A stretch of 62,007 nucleotides of DNA from Candidatus Omnitrophota bacterium. Lineage in GTDB: Bacteria > Omnitrophota > Gorgyraeia > Duberdicusellales > 4484-171. Position 1 is the first letter of the stretch; every line of letters starts with the position of its first letter. The position numbers and the translations under genes were made by a program. The notes beneath the pieces are model-generated. The model did not search any database and was not told where the DNA came from. It saw nothing but the letters and a program-made list of their open reading frames with translations. Shown piece by piece: positions 16,665 through 25,926 of the stretch. The stretch is from the NCBI GenBank assembly GCA_020352775.1, contig CP070684.1, forward strand, positions 1,198,795 through 1,260,801, in the 5' to 3' direction.

Positions 16665-18509
16665 ATGAAAAAGTATGATGTTATTGTAGTTGGGGCCGGT
16701 CACGCTGGGATTGAGGCAAGTTTTGCCGCTGCAAAGCTTGGTTCTAGTGTGCTTCTTCTGACCTTAGATATTAACGGGATAGGAAAATTATCCTGTAATC
16801 CCGCAGTAGGAGGAGTCTCTAAGGGCCATCTTGTAAAAGAAACCGATGCTTTAGGAGGCTTAATCGCAAAAATCACAGATGAATGTGCCCTTGGTTTTCG
16901 GTTCCTAAACCGCAGCAAAGGAAAAGCAGTATGGGCAACGCGTGCTCAGGTTGACCGTTTTAGTTACCCTAGGATTGCAAGGCGCTATTTAGAAAATCAA
17001 TCTAATATCGATATCTTACAGGCAAAGGCGCGCAAGATCCTAATAAAAGGCAAACGGCTCGAGGGTATCGAGACAAATTTTGGTCAATTCTTTGGCGCTA
17101 AAGCAGTAATCATTTGCGCCGGCACATTTCTAAAAAGCATAATTCATATCGGGCTTAATAGTTTTTCTGGAGGAAGACTCCATGAAGAATCAAGCGATGA
17201 TTTATTTGAAAGTATAAAGAGTTCAGGTATTAGTACCAAGCATTTTAAAACCGGCACCTGTGCCAGACTTGATAAGCGCTCCCTTGATTTTTCAAAAATG
17301 ACTGAGCAGCCTCCCGAATACGATGTTGATCCTTTTTCGTTCTCAAATAAAACCATTCCTTCTAATCAGTTAAGTTGTTTTATAACCTATACCAACTCCA
17401 ACACGCACAAAGTGATTCTAAAGAATTTAAAATATTCCCCTCTTTATACAGGAAAAATAAAGGCGCAAGGAGTGCGCTATTGCCCTTCCCTAGAGGATAA
17501 AGTTGTAAGATTTTGCGATAAAGAGCGGCATCAAGTCTTTATCGAACCCGAAGCAAGAGAGTCGGTAGAAGTTTATCCAAATGGTATATCAACCTCACTC
17601 CCTTTTAAAGCCCAGATTGATTTTATCCGCACCATTGAGGGTTTAAAGAATGCGGTTATACTTCGTCCGGGATATGGAATAGAACATGGTCTTATCGATG
17701 CGCGCCAGCTTAAACCCACCCTTGAAGCCGAGGTTTTAGAAGGTCTTTATTTTGCGGGGCAAGTTAATGGAACTACTGGTTATGAGGAGGCTGCAGCTCA
17801 AGGGTTGATTGCGGGCGTAAACGCCGCTTTAAAAATACAAAGAAAGAAACCTTTCATTTTAAGAAGAGAGGAAGCGTTTATTGGAGTATTAATTGACGAT
17901 TTAACATCTAAAGGAGTTGATGAACCGTATCGGATGTTTACTTCTCGTTGTGAGTTCCGTCTTTCTTTAAGGGAAAGCAATGCTGATGTGCGCTTAACTC
18001 CGTTTGCCTATAAACTGAGATTGGTTGGCAAAGAAGATTATGAGCGTATGATCGCAAAAAAATCCATGATAGAGAACCAGATTAAGAAATTAAGGAGTCA
18101 AAAGGTTGTATTTGATGGCCGAAAGATCACTCTTTTTGATATGTTGCGCAGACCCAAAGTGAGCTATGATGAGGCAGAAAAGATAATAGGTGAGAAATTA
18201 AACGGTGCTATCGCCAGAAGAGAAGTAGAGATTCAAGTAAAATATGGAGGGTTCCTGCATCGGGAGCAGATCTGGCTGAGGGAATTAAAGAATCTGGACT
18301 GCATAAAAATACCTAAGATAGATTTTGAGACAGTCCCATCTCTTTCTAAGGAAGTAGTGGAGAAACTTAAAAAATTTAAGCCTAACACATTGGGTGAGGC
18401 TCTTAAGATAAGCGGGATGACTCCGGCTGCAATTTTAAATATTTACACGTTTATGAAAAAGAAGCGTTTAAAGCCAGTTAAAACAGATAAGAGGAGGGTA
18501 AAGAGATGA
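16665..18509 (+). CDS. mnmG: tRNA uridine 5-carboxymethylaminomethyl modification enzyme
   Basis: FAD-binding YDVIVVGAGHAGIEA, GQVNGTTGYEEAAAQG and the conserved C-terminal helical domain. Confidence 0.95.
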   Translation: MKKYDVIVVGAGHAGIEASFAAAKLGSSVLLLTLDINGIGKLSCNPAVGGVSKGHLVKETDALGGLIAKITDECALGFRFLNRSKGKAVWATRAQVDRFSYPRIARRYLENQSNIDILQAKARKILIKGKRLEGIETNFGQFFGAKAVIICAGTFLKSIIHIGLNSFSGGRLHEESSDDLFESIKSSGISTKHFKTGTCARLDKRSLDFSKMTEQPPEYDVDPFSFSNKTIPSNQLSCFITYTNSNTHKVILKNLKYSPLYTGKIKAQGVRYCPSLEDKVVRFCDKERHQVFIEPEARESVEVYPNGISTSLPFKAQIDFIRTIEGLKNAVILRPGYGIEHGLIDARQLKPTLEAEVLEGLYFAGQVNGTTGYEEAAAQGLIAGVNAALKIQRKKPFILRREEAFIGVLIDDLTSKGVDEPYRMFTSRCEFRLSLRESNADVRLTPFAYKLRLVGKEDYERMIAKKSMIENQIKKLRSQKVVFDGRKITLFDMLRRPKVSYDEAEKIIGEKLNGAIARREVEIQVKYGGFLHREQIWLRELKNLDCIKIPKIDFETVPSLSKEVVEKLKKFKPNTLGEALKISGMTPAAILNIYTFMKKKRLKPVKTDKRRVKR

Positions 18510-18778
18510 ATTTTAAGGTCTTTCTTGGTACGTTTGCTACCATAATGTTGGCAGAACTATTCGATAAGACAGAACTTGCTATTTTTTCTTTAGGACTTAA
18601 AGAACACAGTAAGGTTTCGGTGTTTATCGGAGCAATGTGTGCTTTTTTTGTTGCTACTCTTCTTGCTTTATTTTTGGGCCAGTTTATCGCGCGCTTTATT
18701 GATGCAAAGACTATCCGTTATGTCAGCGCGTTTGTGTTTTTTGCGGCGGGTACGCTTATTCTGTTAGGAAAGCTTTAG
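18506..18778 (+). CDS. UPF0016 (GDT1/TMEM165) family half-size membrane protein
   Basis: 90 aa with three hydrophobic helices. AELFDKTELA matches the E-x-G-D-(K/R)-(T/S) family motif with Phe in place of Gly. ATGA overlap with the mnmG stop. Confidence 0.6.
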   Translation: MNFKVFLGTFATIMLAELFDKTELAIFSLGLKEHSKVSVFIGAMCAFFVATLLALFLGQFIARFIDAKTIRYVSAFVFFAAGTLILLGKL

Positions 18779-19846
18779 GTAATCACCGATAAACTGTGCA
18801 AATTTTTCTGTGGCACCGTAAGGCATAAGCCTGATACGCACTTCTTCTAAATCTTTTTTTATCTTTTGATAAGCTTGCGGGTCTTTAAGAATTTGCAGGG
18901 TTTTTCTGGCGATATTTTTCGCATTGGCCTCTCTTTGCAGCAATTCTTCCACTACTTTTTTTGAGGAAAGGATATTTATCATTGCAATAAAGCGCGTATC
19001 AACCAGCCTTTTTACAATATGCCAGGTTAAAGGATTAACCTTATACATAACAAGAAACGGTACCCCTAGAATTGCGATTTCAACCGTGGCAGTTCCGGAA
19101 GAGGTAATAATAAACTCTGATTCCTGGATCGCCTTAAGAGAGTGATCCACTATATCCATCTCTGGTGAAAGTCTTTCATAAAACTTTTTTTCAATATTCG
19201 CGGGCCGGATAATACGGAAATAATAACCCGCCAAATCTTCCCTAAGAAGATTTTTAGTTTTTTTCATTACCGGTAGGTGTTTTTTGATTTCGTTTTTTCT
19301 TGAGCCAGGCAGAAATGAGACTATTCTTTTTTTCTGGACTTCTTTGGGGCTAATGATTTCTAAGAGCGGATGGCCGAAATATAGAGCTTGGATTTCTTCT
19401 TTTTGATAAAACTCTTTTTCGAACTCAAAAATTACCACCATTTTATCAACATATTTCTTTATCAATTCCACTCTTTTTTTGCGCCAGGCCCATACTTGAG
19501 GGCTCACGTAGTAAAAAACAGGATATTTTTTATTCAGGCATTTTATTAAACGCAGATTAAAATCAGGAAAGTCAATAGGGATTATTAGATCCGGTTTGAT
19601 TTCTTCGATTTCTTTGACAGCATTGTTAAAGATGCGAAGGATCCCAGACAGAGAGGAGAATACCTCCATGATTCCTGATACCGAATGTGTAAGTAAATCG
19701 ATAAGCTGTTGTGAATGTTCGCCAAGATGTGGCCCCCCAAAAGAATAAATCTGAACCTTGGCGAATTTTTCTTTTAGCTTTTTACAAAGAAGGCCTCCGT
19801 AAGCATCTCCTGATTTGTCTCCGGCAATAATTACTATTCTTTTCAT
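18764..19846 (-). CDS. lpxB: lipid-A-disaccharide synthase
   Basis: N-terminal IIAGDKSGD, the SGTATVEIAILGVP motif and a GT-B length of 360 aa. The 3' end overlaps the convergent UPF0016 gene by 15 nt. Confidence 0.9.
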   Translation of the reverse strand: MKRIVIIAGDKSGDAYGGLLCKKLKEKFAKVQIYSFGGPHLGEHSQQLIDLLTHSVSGIMEVFSSLSGILRIFNNAVKEIEEIKPDLIIPIDFPDFNLRLIKCLNKKYPVFYYVSPQVWAWRKKRVELIKKYVDKMVVIFEFEKEFYQKEEIQALYFGHPLLEIISPKEVQKKRIVSFLPGSRKNEIKKHLPVMKKTKNLLREDLAGYYFRIIRPANIEKKFYERLSPEMDIVDHSLKAIQESEFIITSSGTATVEIAILGVPFLVMYKVNPLTWHIVKRLVDTRFIAMINILSSKKVVEELLQREANAKNIARKTLQILKDPQAYQKIKKDLEEVRIRLMPYGATEKFAQFIGDYLKLS

Positions 19847-19887
19847 CGGTTAGATATTTAAACACCTAAGTGGATAAGGGGCATGGG

Positions 19888-20781
19888 TTATTTTAGGTTT
19901 TTCTCGATATGTAACGCCAGCATTAAAGCGTCTTTTGCTTTCTCGGCGTGCTCCATGGTAAAGTTTTTATTCCTTGCCAGGTTTACAAATTCCATAATCT
20001 CTTTTTTTAAGGGTTCTTCTTTGCTTATCGGAAGAACCTCCCGTGTTATATTCCCTTTTAATCTTTGATAAATCTCTACGTTTTGTTCGGCATAATCCAT
20101 AGAAATATAACAGTGAGGCAGAAATATCCTTATTTTTCTTTCACGTTTTGCCGATATGCGGGAAGCAGTTATGTCTGCGACACAACCCTTTTTAAATGTT
20201 ACGCGGGCATTGGCAATATCGTCAGTGGGAGAGAGAACCTTTACACCTTTAACTTCGCATCTTTTTATTTTATCTTTTACCAGATCAAGAATGATGTCTA
20301 GATCATGAATCATTAAATCAAGCACGACACTTGTTTCTAGAGACCGGTTCGGATAGACGCTTAGGCGGTGACACTCGATAAAAAGCGGATTTTTTATGAT
20401 TTTTTTTGCCTCTAGATAGGCGTTGTTGTATCTTTCCACATGCCCCACAAAAAGAAGTGTTCTTTTCTTTCTTGCAAGACTGATTAGCTGCTGCGCTTCA
20501 TTTAGGTTCTCAGTGAGAGGTTTTTCCACTAGCACCGGAATTTTTTGATTTAGAAAGAACTTGCTGATTTCAAAATGGGTAGGGGTGGAGCTGGCAATGC
20601 TTACAAGATCAACTTTGCCGGCTAAATCCTTGAAATTACTAAATGATTCAATTTCAGGGTAGGCAGTAAGGGTAGTGGGGTTAGTATCGACAATGTATAT
20701 CTTTCTTATTCCTTTGATTTCTTTATATATACGAAGGTGAATGCTACCGAGTTTTCCAACCCCTATTACTGCGACTCTCAT
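19888..20781 (-). CDS. Gfo/Idh/MocA family oxidoreductase
   Basis: Rossmann MRVAVIGVGKLG, VLVEKPL (EKP motif) and a C-terminal alpha/beta domain. ATG at 20781 is preferred over the listed TTG at 20820. Confidence 0.8.
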   Translation of the reverse strand: MRVAVIGVGKLGSIHLRIYKEIKGIRKIYIVDTNPTTLTAYPEIESFSNFKDLAGKVDLVSIASSTPTHFEISKFFLNQKIPVLVEKPLTENLNEAQQLISLARKKRTLLFVGHVERYNNAYLEAKKIIKNPLFIECHRLSVYPNRSLETSVVLDLMIHDLDIILDLVKDKIKRCEVKGVKVLSPTDDIANARVTFKKGCVADITASRISAKRERKIRIFLPHCYISMDYAEQNVEIYQRLKGNITREVLPISKEEPLKKEIMEFVNLARNKNFTMEHAEKAKDALMLALHIEKNLK

Positions 20782-20900
20782 ATTTTTTGCCTTTTTAATC
20801 CTCGATTTTGATTGTATCAAATCCCTTGAGGGAAGTCAATCAATGTGGTAAAATCCCCCCTTGCCTCTTTTTAAGGAAAACAGTTAGAGGATAGGATGAG

Positions 20901-22706
20901 ATGAAGAGTTATTTAAAAGAATACTTTAAATTACTTAAGTTTACCAGGCCCTATCGGGGAGTGCTTGCCTTGGCGTTTCTGTGTATGGGGGTATCCACCA
21001 TATTTGACGGTATTTCCCTAGGAATGATTGTGCCTGTTTCAGATAGAATACTCACCAATAAAGAGATAATTTTGCCCTCACACGTGCCTTCTTTTGTAGT
21101 TAACCTTATAACAAAACTTAATGAGCTTGAGCCCCTTGTAGTACTTAAGGGCATAGTGATAGTTATTATCGCTTTATTTCTTTTCAAAGGTTTTTTTCTT
21201 TTTATGCAAAATTACCTCATGAATGTAGCAGGGCAGGGGGTAGTGAAAGAAGTAAGAAATTCTATCTATAAGAAGTTTCATGATCTTTCCCTGGATTTTT
21301 ATTCTAAAAAAAGAACCGGAGAGCTTATTTCCCGTATTACCAATGATGTGTCGCTTATTACCCATGCCATTTCTTCCTCCTTGGCAGAATTGATTTACCA
21401 GTCGATGCAGTTAGCACTTTTTACTTTTCTGGCATTTTATCTCTATTGGAAACTCGCCCTTGTTTCATTTGTGCTTTTTCCTTTGATTCTATTTCCGGTA
21501 GTCAGGCTGGGCAAACGGATTAAGAAGTTTTCTTTTGAAGTCCAAAATAAGATGGCGGACTTAAATTCACTTTTGGCAGAGACGATTCAGGGAGCCTATA
21601 TCGTAAAGGTATTTAATCGTGAGGATTATGAGCTCAATCGTTTTAAGAAGATAAATCACCACTATTATAAATTTATGCTAAAAAGCATAAAACGAAAAGA
21701 GATGCTTTCTCCTATTACCGAATTTATCGGCGCCCTGGGTGCAGTAGTTATCCTTTTGGTTGCCGGAAAAGAGGTTATCGCTGGTAAGCTCTCATTTGGT
21801 ATTTTCGGTTTGTTTATGGGGTCTTTGATGTCGATGATAAAGCCTCTTAAAAGGCTTTCAAAGGTTCATGCTGAGAACCAGCATGCCTTGGCTGCTTCAC
21901 ACAGGATTTACGATATCTTAGGAGAAGAAATAAAGATAATAGAGAAGCACAATGCACTTTCAATAAATGAATTTAAGGGCGGGATAGAATTTTCTGGAGT
22001 CTGGTTTACTTATAATGAGGAGGAAGATTTTGTATTAAAAGATATAAAATTAGAAGTCAAAAAAGGCGAAACAGTAGCTTTGGTAGGACATTCCGGGGCA
22101 GGTAAATCGACCCTGGTAGGTTTAATCCCTCGCCTTTATGATTCCCAAAAGGGGAGGGTGCTAATTGATGGAGAGGATGTCAAGGAGTTAAAGATTAAGG
22201 ATTTGCGTTCTCTTATTGCAGTGGTATCTCAGGATTTAGTTCTTTTTAATGCTACGGTCAGGGATAATATTGCTTATGGAAGAGAAGGGGCTACGGATCA
22301 AGAAATTGAAGAGGCGGCTAAAAAGGCATTTGCCTATGATTTTATTCAGAGATTGCCTCAAGGATTTTCTACTGTAATTGGAGATAGAGGGTTTAGGCTT
22401 TCAGGAGGAGAGCGTCAGCGTATTTCCATTGCCAGAGCGATACTTCGTGATGCGCCGATATTAATTCTGGATGAGGCAACTAGTCAGCTTGATTCCTCAT
22501 CAGAGCAGCTCATAAAAGAAGCGCTTTATAACCTCATGAAAGGAAAGACTACCTTTGTCATTGCGCATCGGCTTTCTACGGTGCAAAAAGCAGATAAGAT
22601 AGTGGTGATGGATAAAGGTAGAATTGCTGAAGAAGGTGATCATACTTCCCTTATTAGCCGCAAGAGCTTGTACAAAAAGTTGTATGACCTCCAATTTAAT
22701 GTATAA
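20901..22706 (+). CDS. msbA: ABC transporter permease/ATPase, lipid A flippase-like
   Basis: Six-TM exporter domain plus an NBD with Walker A GHSGAGKST, signature LSGGERQR, Walker B ILILDEATS and H-loop AHRLST. Divergent from the lpxB operon. Confidence 0.75.
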   Translation: MKSYLKEYFKLLKFTRPYRGVLALAFLCMGVSTIFDGISLGMIVPVSDRILTNKEIILPSHVPSFVVNLITKLNELEPLVVLKGIVIVIIALFLFKGFFLFMQNYLMNVAGQGVVKEVRNSIYKKFHDLSLDFYSKKRTGELISRITNDVSLITHAISSSLAELIYQSMQLALFTFLAFYLYWKLALVSFVLFPLILFPVVRLGKRIKKFSFEVQNKMADLNSLLAETIQGAYIVKVFNREDYELNRFKKINHHYYKFMLKSIKRKEMLSPITEFIGALGAVVILLVAGKEVIAGKLSFGIFGLFMGSLMSMIKPLKRLSKVHAENQHALAASHRIYDILGEEIKIIEKHNALSINEFKGGIEFSGVWFTYNEEEDFVLKDIKLEVKKGETVALVGHSGAGKSTLVGLIPRLYDSQKGRVLIDGEDVKELKIKDLRSLIAVVSQDLVLFNATVRDNIAYGREGATDQEIEEAAKKAFAYDFIQRLPQGFSTVIGDRGFRLSGGERQRISIARAILRDAPILILDEATSQLDSSSEQLIKEALYNLMKGKTTFVIAHRLSTVQKADKIVVMDKGRIAEEGDHTSLISRKSLYKKLYDLQFNV

Positions 22707-22851
22707 ATAGAGGCAATTCTTTAGGATCAGCCCATTTTGAAGCGGATTTTTGCCGGTCAAAGGCTAAAGTTAGACAGTTTGCCCTTAACTTGGAATCTAT
22801 AACCCATTAATTGATAGTCAGTTAGGTCCGAAGCTAGGAGAATATAATAAT

Positions 22852-22879
22852 ATTGCAAATTAAGGGAAATATGATATAC
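22852..22879 (+). promoter_or_regulatory. candidate rpsB promoter: TTGCAA, 16-nt spacer, extended -10 TGaTATACT
   Basis: TTGCAA at 22852..22857, TG at 22871..22872 and TATACT at 22874..22879. Flanked by the 8-bp inverted repeat AGGGAAAT/ATTTCCCT (22862..22869 and 22893..22900). Confidence 0.45.
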
Positions 22880-22953
22880 TTTCAAATAATGAAATTTCCC
22901 TATTTTAGGTAAGAGTGGATAACAAATCTTTAAGAAAGGAGGCTTAAAAATCG

Positions 22954-23799
22954 ATGGCGGTACCTGAGATGATTAAGGATTTATTGGAGAACGGGGTGCA
23001 TTTCGGGCATTTAAGTAAACACTGGAACCCCAAAATGAAGAAGTTTATCTTCGGCAAAAAGAAAAACGTATATGTTATTGACCTGGAAAAAACCGCCAGG
23101 AGTTTAGAGGAAGCGAAGGAATTCATTAAGCAGGTTGCTGCGCGAGGAGAAAAAATCCTTTTTGTTGCGACCAAAAAACAACTGCGCGATTTAATAAAAG
23201 AACAGGCCACCTCTTGTGGTATGGGCTATATTGTAGAAAGATGGGTTGGGGGGTTCTTAACAAATTTTTCTACAATCCAGGGCAGAATACAGAAGTATCT
23301 CGATTTACGTGAGAAAAAAGATAGAGGTGATTTTGACAAAATGCCCGGCAAAGAAGTGGTAAGGCTTAATCGGGAATTAGAGCGGATGGATAAAAATTAC
23401 AGCGGAGTGGCTTCTTTCGATGATTTACCGGGTTGTATCTGTGTGATAGACCCTAAGAAAGAATTCGCCTGTGTAAGAGAAGCAAATAAGCTTTCTGTTC
23501 CTTTGGTGGGATTAATCGATACCGATGGGGATCCGGAAGTACTTGATTATCCTATTCCCGGTAATGACGATGCCATAAAATCAGTAAGATATATCATTTC
23601 TTGTTTGGTGGAGGCAGTCAATGAAGGCCTTAAGCTGGGAGAAAAATTAACCAAGAAAAAAGAGAAAGAGACTGCTAAGGAAAAGAAAGAGGAGGCTAGC
23701 CAAGAGGAAGTAGCCTCTGAGGGTTTAAAAGAAGAAGGAAGTGCGACCGAAGAGAAAAAGACAACGCGTAAAAGCCGTAAGCAGCAGAAGGAGGAATAA
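22954..23799 (+). CDS. rpsB: 30S ribosomal protein S2
   Basis: Canonical S2 N-terminus LLENGVHFGH and an AAGGAGG RBS. K/E-rich C-terminal tail of about 50 aa. Confidence 0.95.
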   Translation: MAVPEMIKDLLENGVHFGHLSKHWNPKMKKFIFGKKKNVYVIDLEKTARSLEEAKEFIKQVAARGEKILFVATKKQLRDLIKEQATSCGMGYIVERWVGGFLTNFSTIQGRIQKYLDLREKKDRGDFDKMPGKEVVRLNRELERMDKNYSGVASFDDLPGCICVIDPKKEFACVREANKLSVPLVGLIDTDGDPEVLDYPIPGNDDAIKSVRYIISCLVEAVNEGLKLGEKLTKKKEKETAKEKKEEASQEEVASEGLKEEGSATEEKKTTRKSRKQQKEE

Positions 23800-23801
23800 G
23801 A

Positions 23802-24332
23802 ATGAGCCTTACCCAGATAAAGAAGTTGAGAGAATTAACCTCATTAGGAATTAAAGATTGTAAAAAGGCATTGGAGAAAGCAAAAGGCGACTTTGATAAG
23901 GCTCTTAAGCTTTTAAAAGAAAAAGGCGCACAGGTGATGGAGAAAAAGAAAGCACGTCAGACTTCCCAGGGTCTAGTAGATGCTTATATTCATTTTGGAG
24001 GGAATTTGGGCGCGATCGTAGAAATCAATTGTGAGACTGATTTTGTTGCCCGTACTGATGTGTTTAAGCAATTTGTTAAAGACGTAGCAATGCAAGTTGC
24101 TGCTGCAAGCCCTGACTATATCGCAAAAGATGATATATCAAAAGAGGACCTTAAGAAAATCGATAATATTGATGAATACGCCAAAGATAAGTGTCTCCTG
24201 GAGCAGGTGTTCATAAAAGATAATAAGATTACCATGGGGCAATATTTGCACGATGCAGTATCCAAAACCGGAGAAAATATCGTAATAAAGAGATTCGCGC
24301 GTTTTGTATTGGGGGAGGAAAATGAAAGCTAA
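23802..24332 (+). CDS. tsf: translation elongation factor Ts (short form)
   Basis: UBA-like [20 protein letters not shown] and core [25 protein letters not shown]. Only 176 aa. Confidence 0.85.
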   Translation: MSLTQIKKLRELTSLGIKDCKKALEKAKGDFDKALKLLKEKGAQVMEKKKARQTSQGLVDAYIHFGGNLGAIVEINCETDFVARTDVFKQFVKDVAMQVAAASPDYIAKDDISKEDLKKIDNIDEYAKDKCLLEQVFIKDNKITMGQYLHDAVSKTGENIVIKRFARFVLGEENES

Positions 24333-25035
24333 ATATAAAAGAATCCTTCTTAAGCTAAGCGGTGAGGCCCTATTGGGTAAACAACCGCATGGTATTGACT
24401 CGTCAGTGTGTGCTCATTTGGCACGTCAGATTAAAGATGTAAGAAAACTGGGTGTAGAAATTGCACTGGTAGTAGGAGGGGGCAATATCTTTCGAGGTGC
24501 GGCGCGCTCCAAAGAATTCGTAATGGAAAGAACAGTGGCAGATTACATGGGGATGCTTGCTACTATAATTAATGGGTTAGCATTACAGAATGCTTTAGAA
24601 AATCAGGGCGTACCTACCCGGGTGATGACTGCAATCCAAATGCATCAGGTTGCCGAACCATATATTCGCAGGAGAGCAATAAGGCATTTAGAGAAAAAAA
24701 GAGTTGTAATATTTGTCGCCGGCACAGGAAATCCTTTTTTTACCACTGATACTGCAGCTTCGCTACGCAGCGCAGAAATCGATGTGGATGTGTTATTGAA
24801 GGGGACTAAGGTTGATGGCGTCTATTCTGCAGATCCCATGAGAGATAAAAGTGCCAAGCTTTTTAAAAACCTAACCTATAAGGATGTTATCAATAAAGAT
24901 TTAAAAATAATGGATTCTACCTCAATCACCTTGTGCATGGAAAACAAATTGCCCATAGTTGTGTTTAATTTTCTAAAAAAAGGAAATTTAAAAAACGCTG
25001 TATTGGGGAAAAAAGTCGGAACCCTTATTCAATAA
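24322..25035 (+). CDS. pyrH: UMP kinase
   Basis: [10 protein letters not shown] and [22 protein letters not shown] precedes ATG 24322. Overlaps the tsf stop by 11 nt. Confidence 0.95.
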   Translation: MKAKYKRILLKLSGEALLGKQPHGIDSSVCAHLARQIKDVRKLGVEIALVVGGGNIFRGAARSKEFVMERTVADYMGMLATIINGLALQNALENQGVPTRVMTAIQMHQVAEPYIRRRAIRHLEKKRVVIFVAGTGNPFFTTDTAASLRSAEIDVDVLLKGTKVDGVYSADPMRDKSAKLFKNLTYKDVINKDLKIMDSTSITLCMENKLPIVVFNFLKKGNLKNAVLGKKVGTLIQ

Positions 25036-25045
25036 GGGAGGATTT

Positions 25046-25606
25046 ATGATAGCCAAGCAAGTATTGAAAGAAATCGAAGACGAAATGAAAAAGGCAATAG
25101 AAGCGACAAAAAGAGAGTTTGCCGAGCTTCGTTCGGGTAGAGCCAATCCCAAGATGGTGGAGGGTGTGCATATAAATTACTATGGTAGCCCCACTCTTCT
25201 TAAAGAGTTAGCCTTGATCAGTGTGCCTGAGGCGCGCATGATCGTAATAAGTCCTTATGATCCTTCGTCTCTTAAGGAAATTGAGAAGTCAATTTTACAA
25301 TCAGACTTGGGAATTACTCCGATTAATGACGGAAAAATCATTAGACTTATTGTGCCTGCCCTTTCTCAGGAACGCAGAGAAGAGCTTATAAAAATAGTGA
25401 AAAAAGTAGCCGAAGAGGGAAAGATTTCAATTCGAACCATAAGGCGAGAAGGAAAAGAGCGTATCAAGAATCTAGAGAAAGGAAAAAAGATTTCCGAAGA
25501 CGATAGATTCAAATCAGAAGAAGAGATGCAAAAACTGACCGATAAATACACCGCTGAGACTGACAGGATCTTAGAAGAAAAAGAAAAAGAGTTAAAAGAA
25601 AAATAG
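25046..25606 (+). CDS. frr: ribosome recycling factor
   Basis: Canonical RRF sequence: ELRSGRANP, ISPYDPS, IPALSQERREEL. Confidence 0.95.
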   Translation: MIAKQVLKEIEDEMKKAIEATKREFAELRSGRANPKMVEGVHINYYGSPTLLKELALISVPEARMIVISPYDPSSLKEIEKSILQSDLGITPINDGKIIRLIVPALSQERREELIKIVKKVAEEGKISIRTIRREGKERIKNLEKGKKISEDDRFKSEEEMQKLTDKYTAETDRILEEKEKELKEK

Positions 25607-25616
25607 CTTTGGTTAC

Positions 25617-25689
25617 GAGCCGCTAGCTCATCAGGTAGAGCACCGGCCTTTTAAGCCGGGTGTGCCGAGTTCGAGTCTCGGGCGGCTCA
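25617..25689 (+). tRNA. tRNA-Lys (anticodon TTT)
   Basis: Cloverleaf folded by hand: acceptor GAGCCGC/GCGGCTC, D stem GCTC/GAGC, anticodon stem CCGGC/GCCGG with loop CTTTTAA, T arm CCGAG-TTCGAGT-CTCGG. No encoded CCA. Confidence 0.9.
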
Positions 25690-25747
25690 TATTTTAAATA
25701 TATATCAAGGGAATAAACGTTCTTTAAATTTATTAGTCTGAGTTTCC

Positions 25748-25829
25748 GCGGACGTGGCGGAATTGGCAGACGCGCAAGATTTAGGATCTTGTCCTGAAAG
25801 GGGTGGGAGTTCAACTCTCCCCGTCCGCA
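25748..25829 (+). tRNA. tRNA-Leu (anticodon TAG), long variable arm
   Basis: Acceptor GCGGACG/CGTCCGC, anticodon stem CAAGA/TCTTG with loop TTTAGGA, long variable arm, T arm GGGAG-TTCAACT-CTCCC. No encoded CCA. Confidence 0.85.
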
Positions 25830-25852
25830 TTAAAGCAGCGGGAGGAATTTTC

Positions 25853-25926
25853 GCGGGGGTAGCTCAATCGGCTAGAGCGTCACGTTGCCAACGTGAAGGT
25901 TGAGGGTTCGATTCCCTTCCTCCGCT
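25853..25926 (+). tRNA. tRNA-Gly (anticodon GCC)
   Basis: Acceptor GCGGGGG/CCTCCGC (one G-T pair), anticodon stem TCACG/CGTGA with loop TTGCCAA, T loop TTCGATT. CCA is genomically encoded at 25927..25929. Confidence 0.85.

Noticed and set aside
19869-19877. AGTGGATAA DnaA-box-like 9-mers (also at 22913..22921), considered as an oriC signal because mnmG is nearby
   Set aside because: These are two isolated copies 3 kb apart, each with a mismatch to TGTGGATAA. There is no box cluster, AT-rich unwinding element or dnaA/dnaN in the window, so chance is the likeliest explanation.
22707-22953. Possible small RNA (SRP-like AGGTCCGAAG segment) in the 247-nt msbA-rpsB spacer
   Set aside because: Only a short resemblance to the SRP domain IV sequence. 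The GGAA tetraloop and the conserved GGAAGCAGC partner strand are missing, and there is no convincing extended helix.
25623-25814. 63-aa minus-strand ORF across the tRNA cluster
   Set aside because: It overlaps tRNA-Lys and tRNA-Leu, both of which fold into canonical cloverleaves, so the ORF is spurious.
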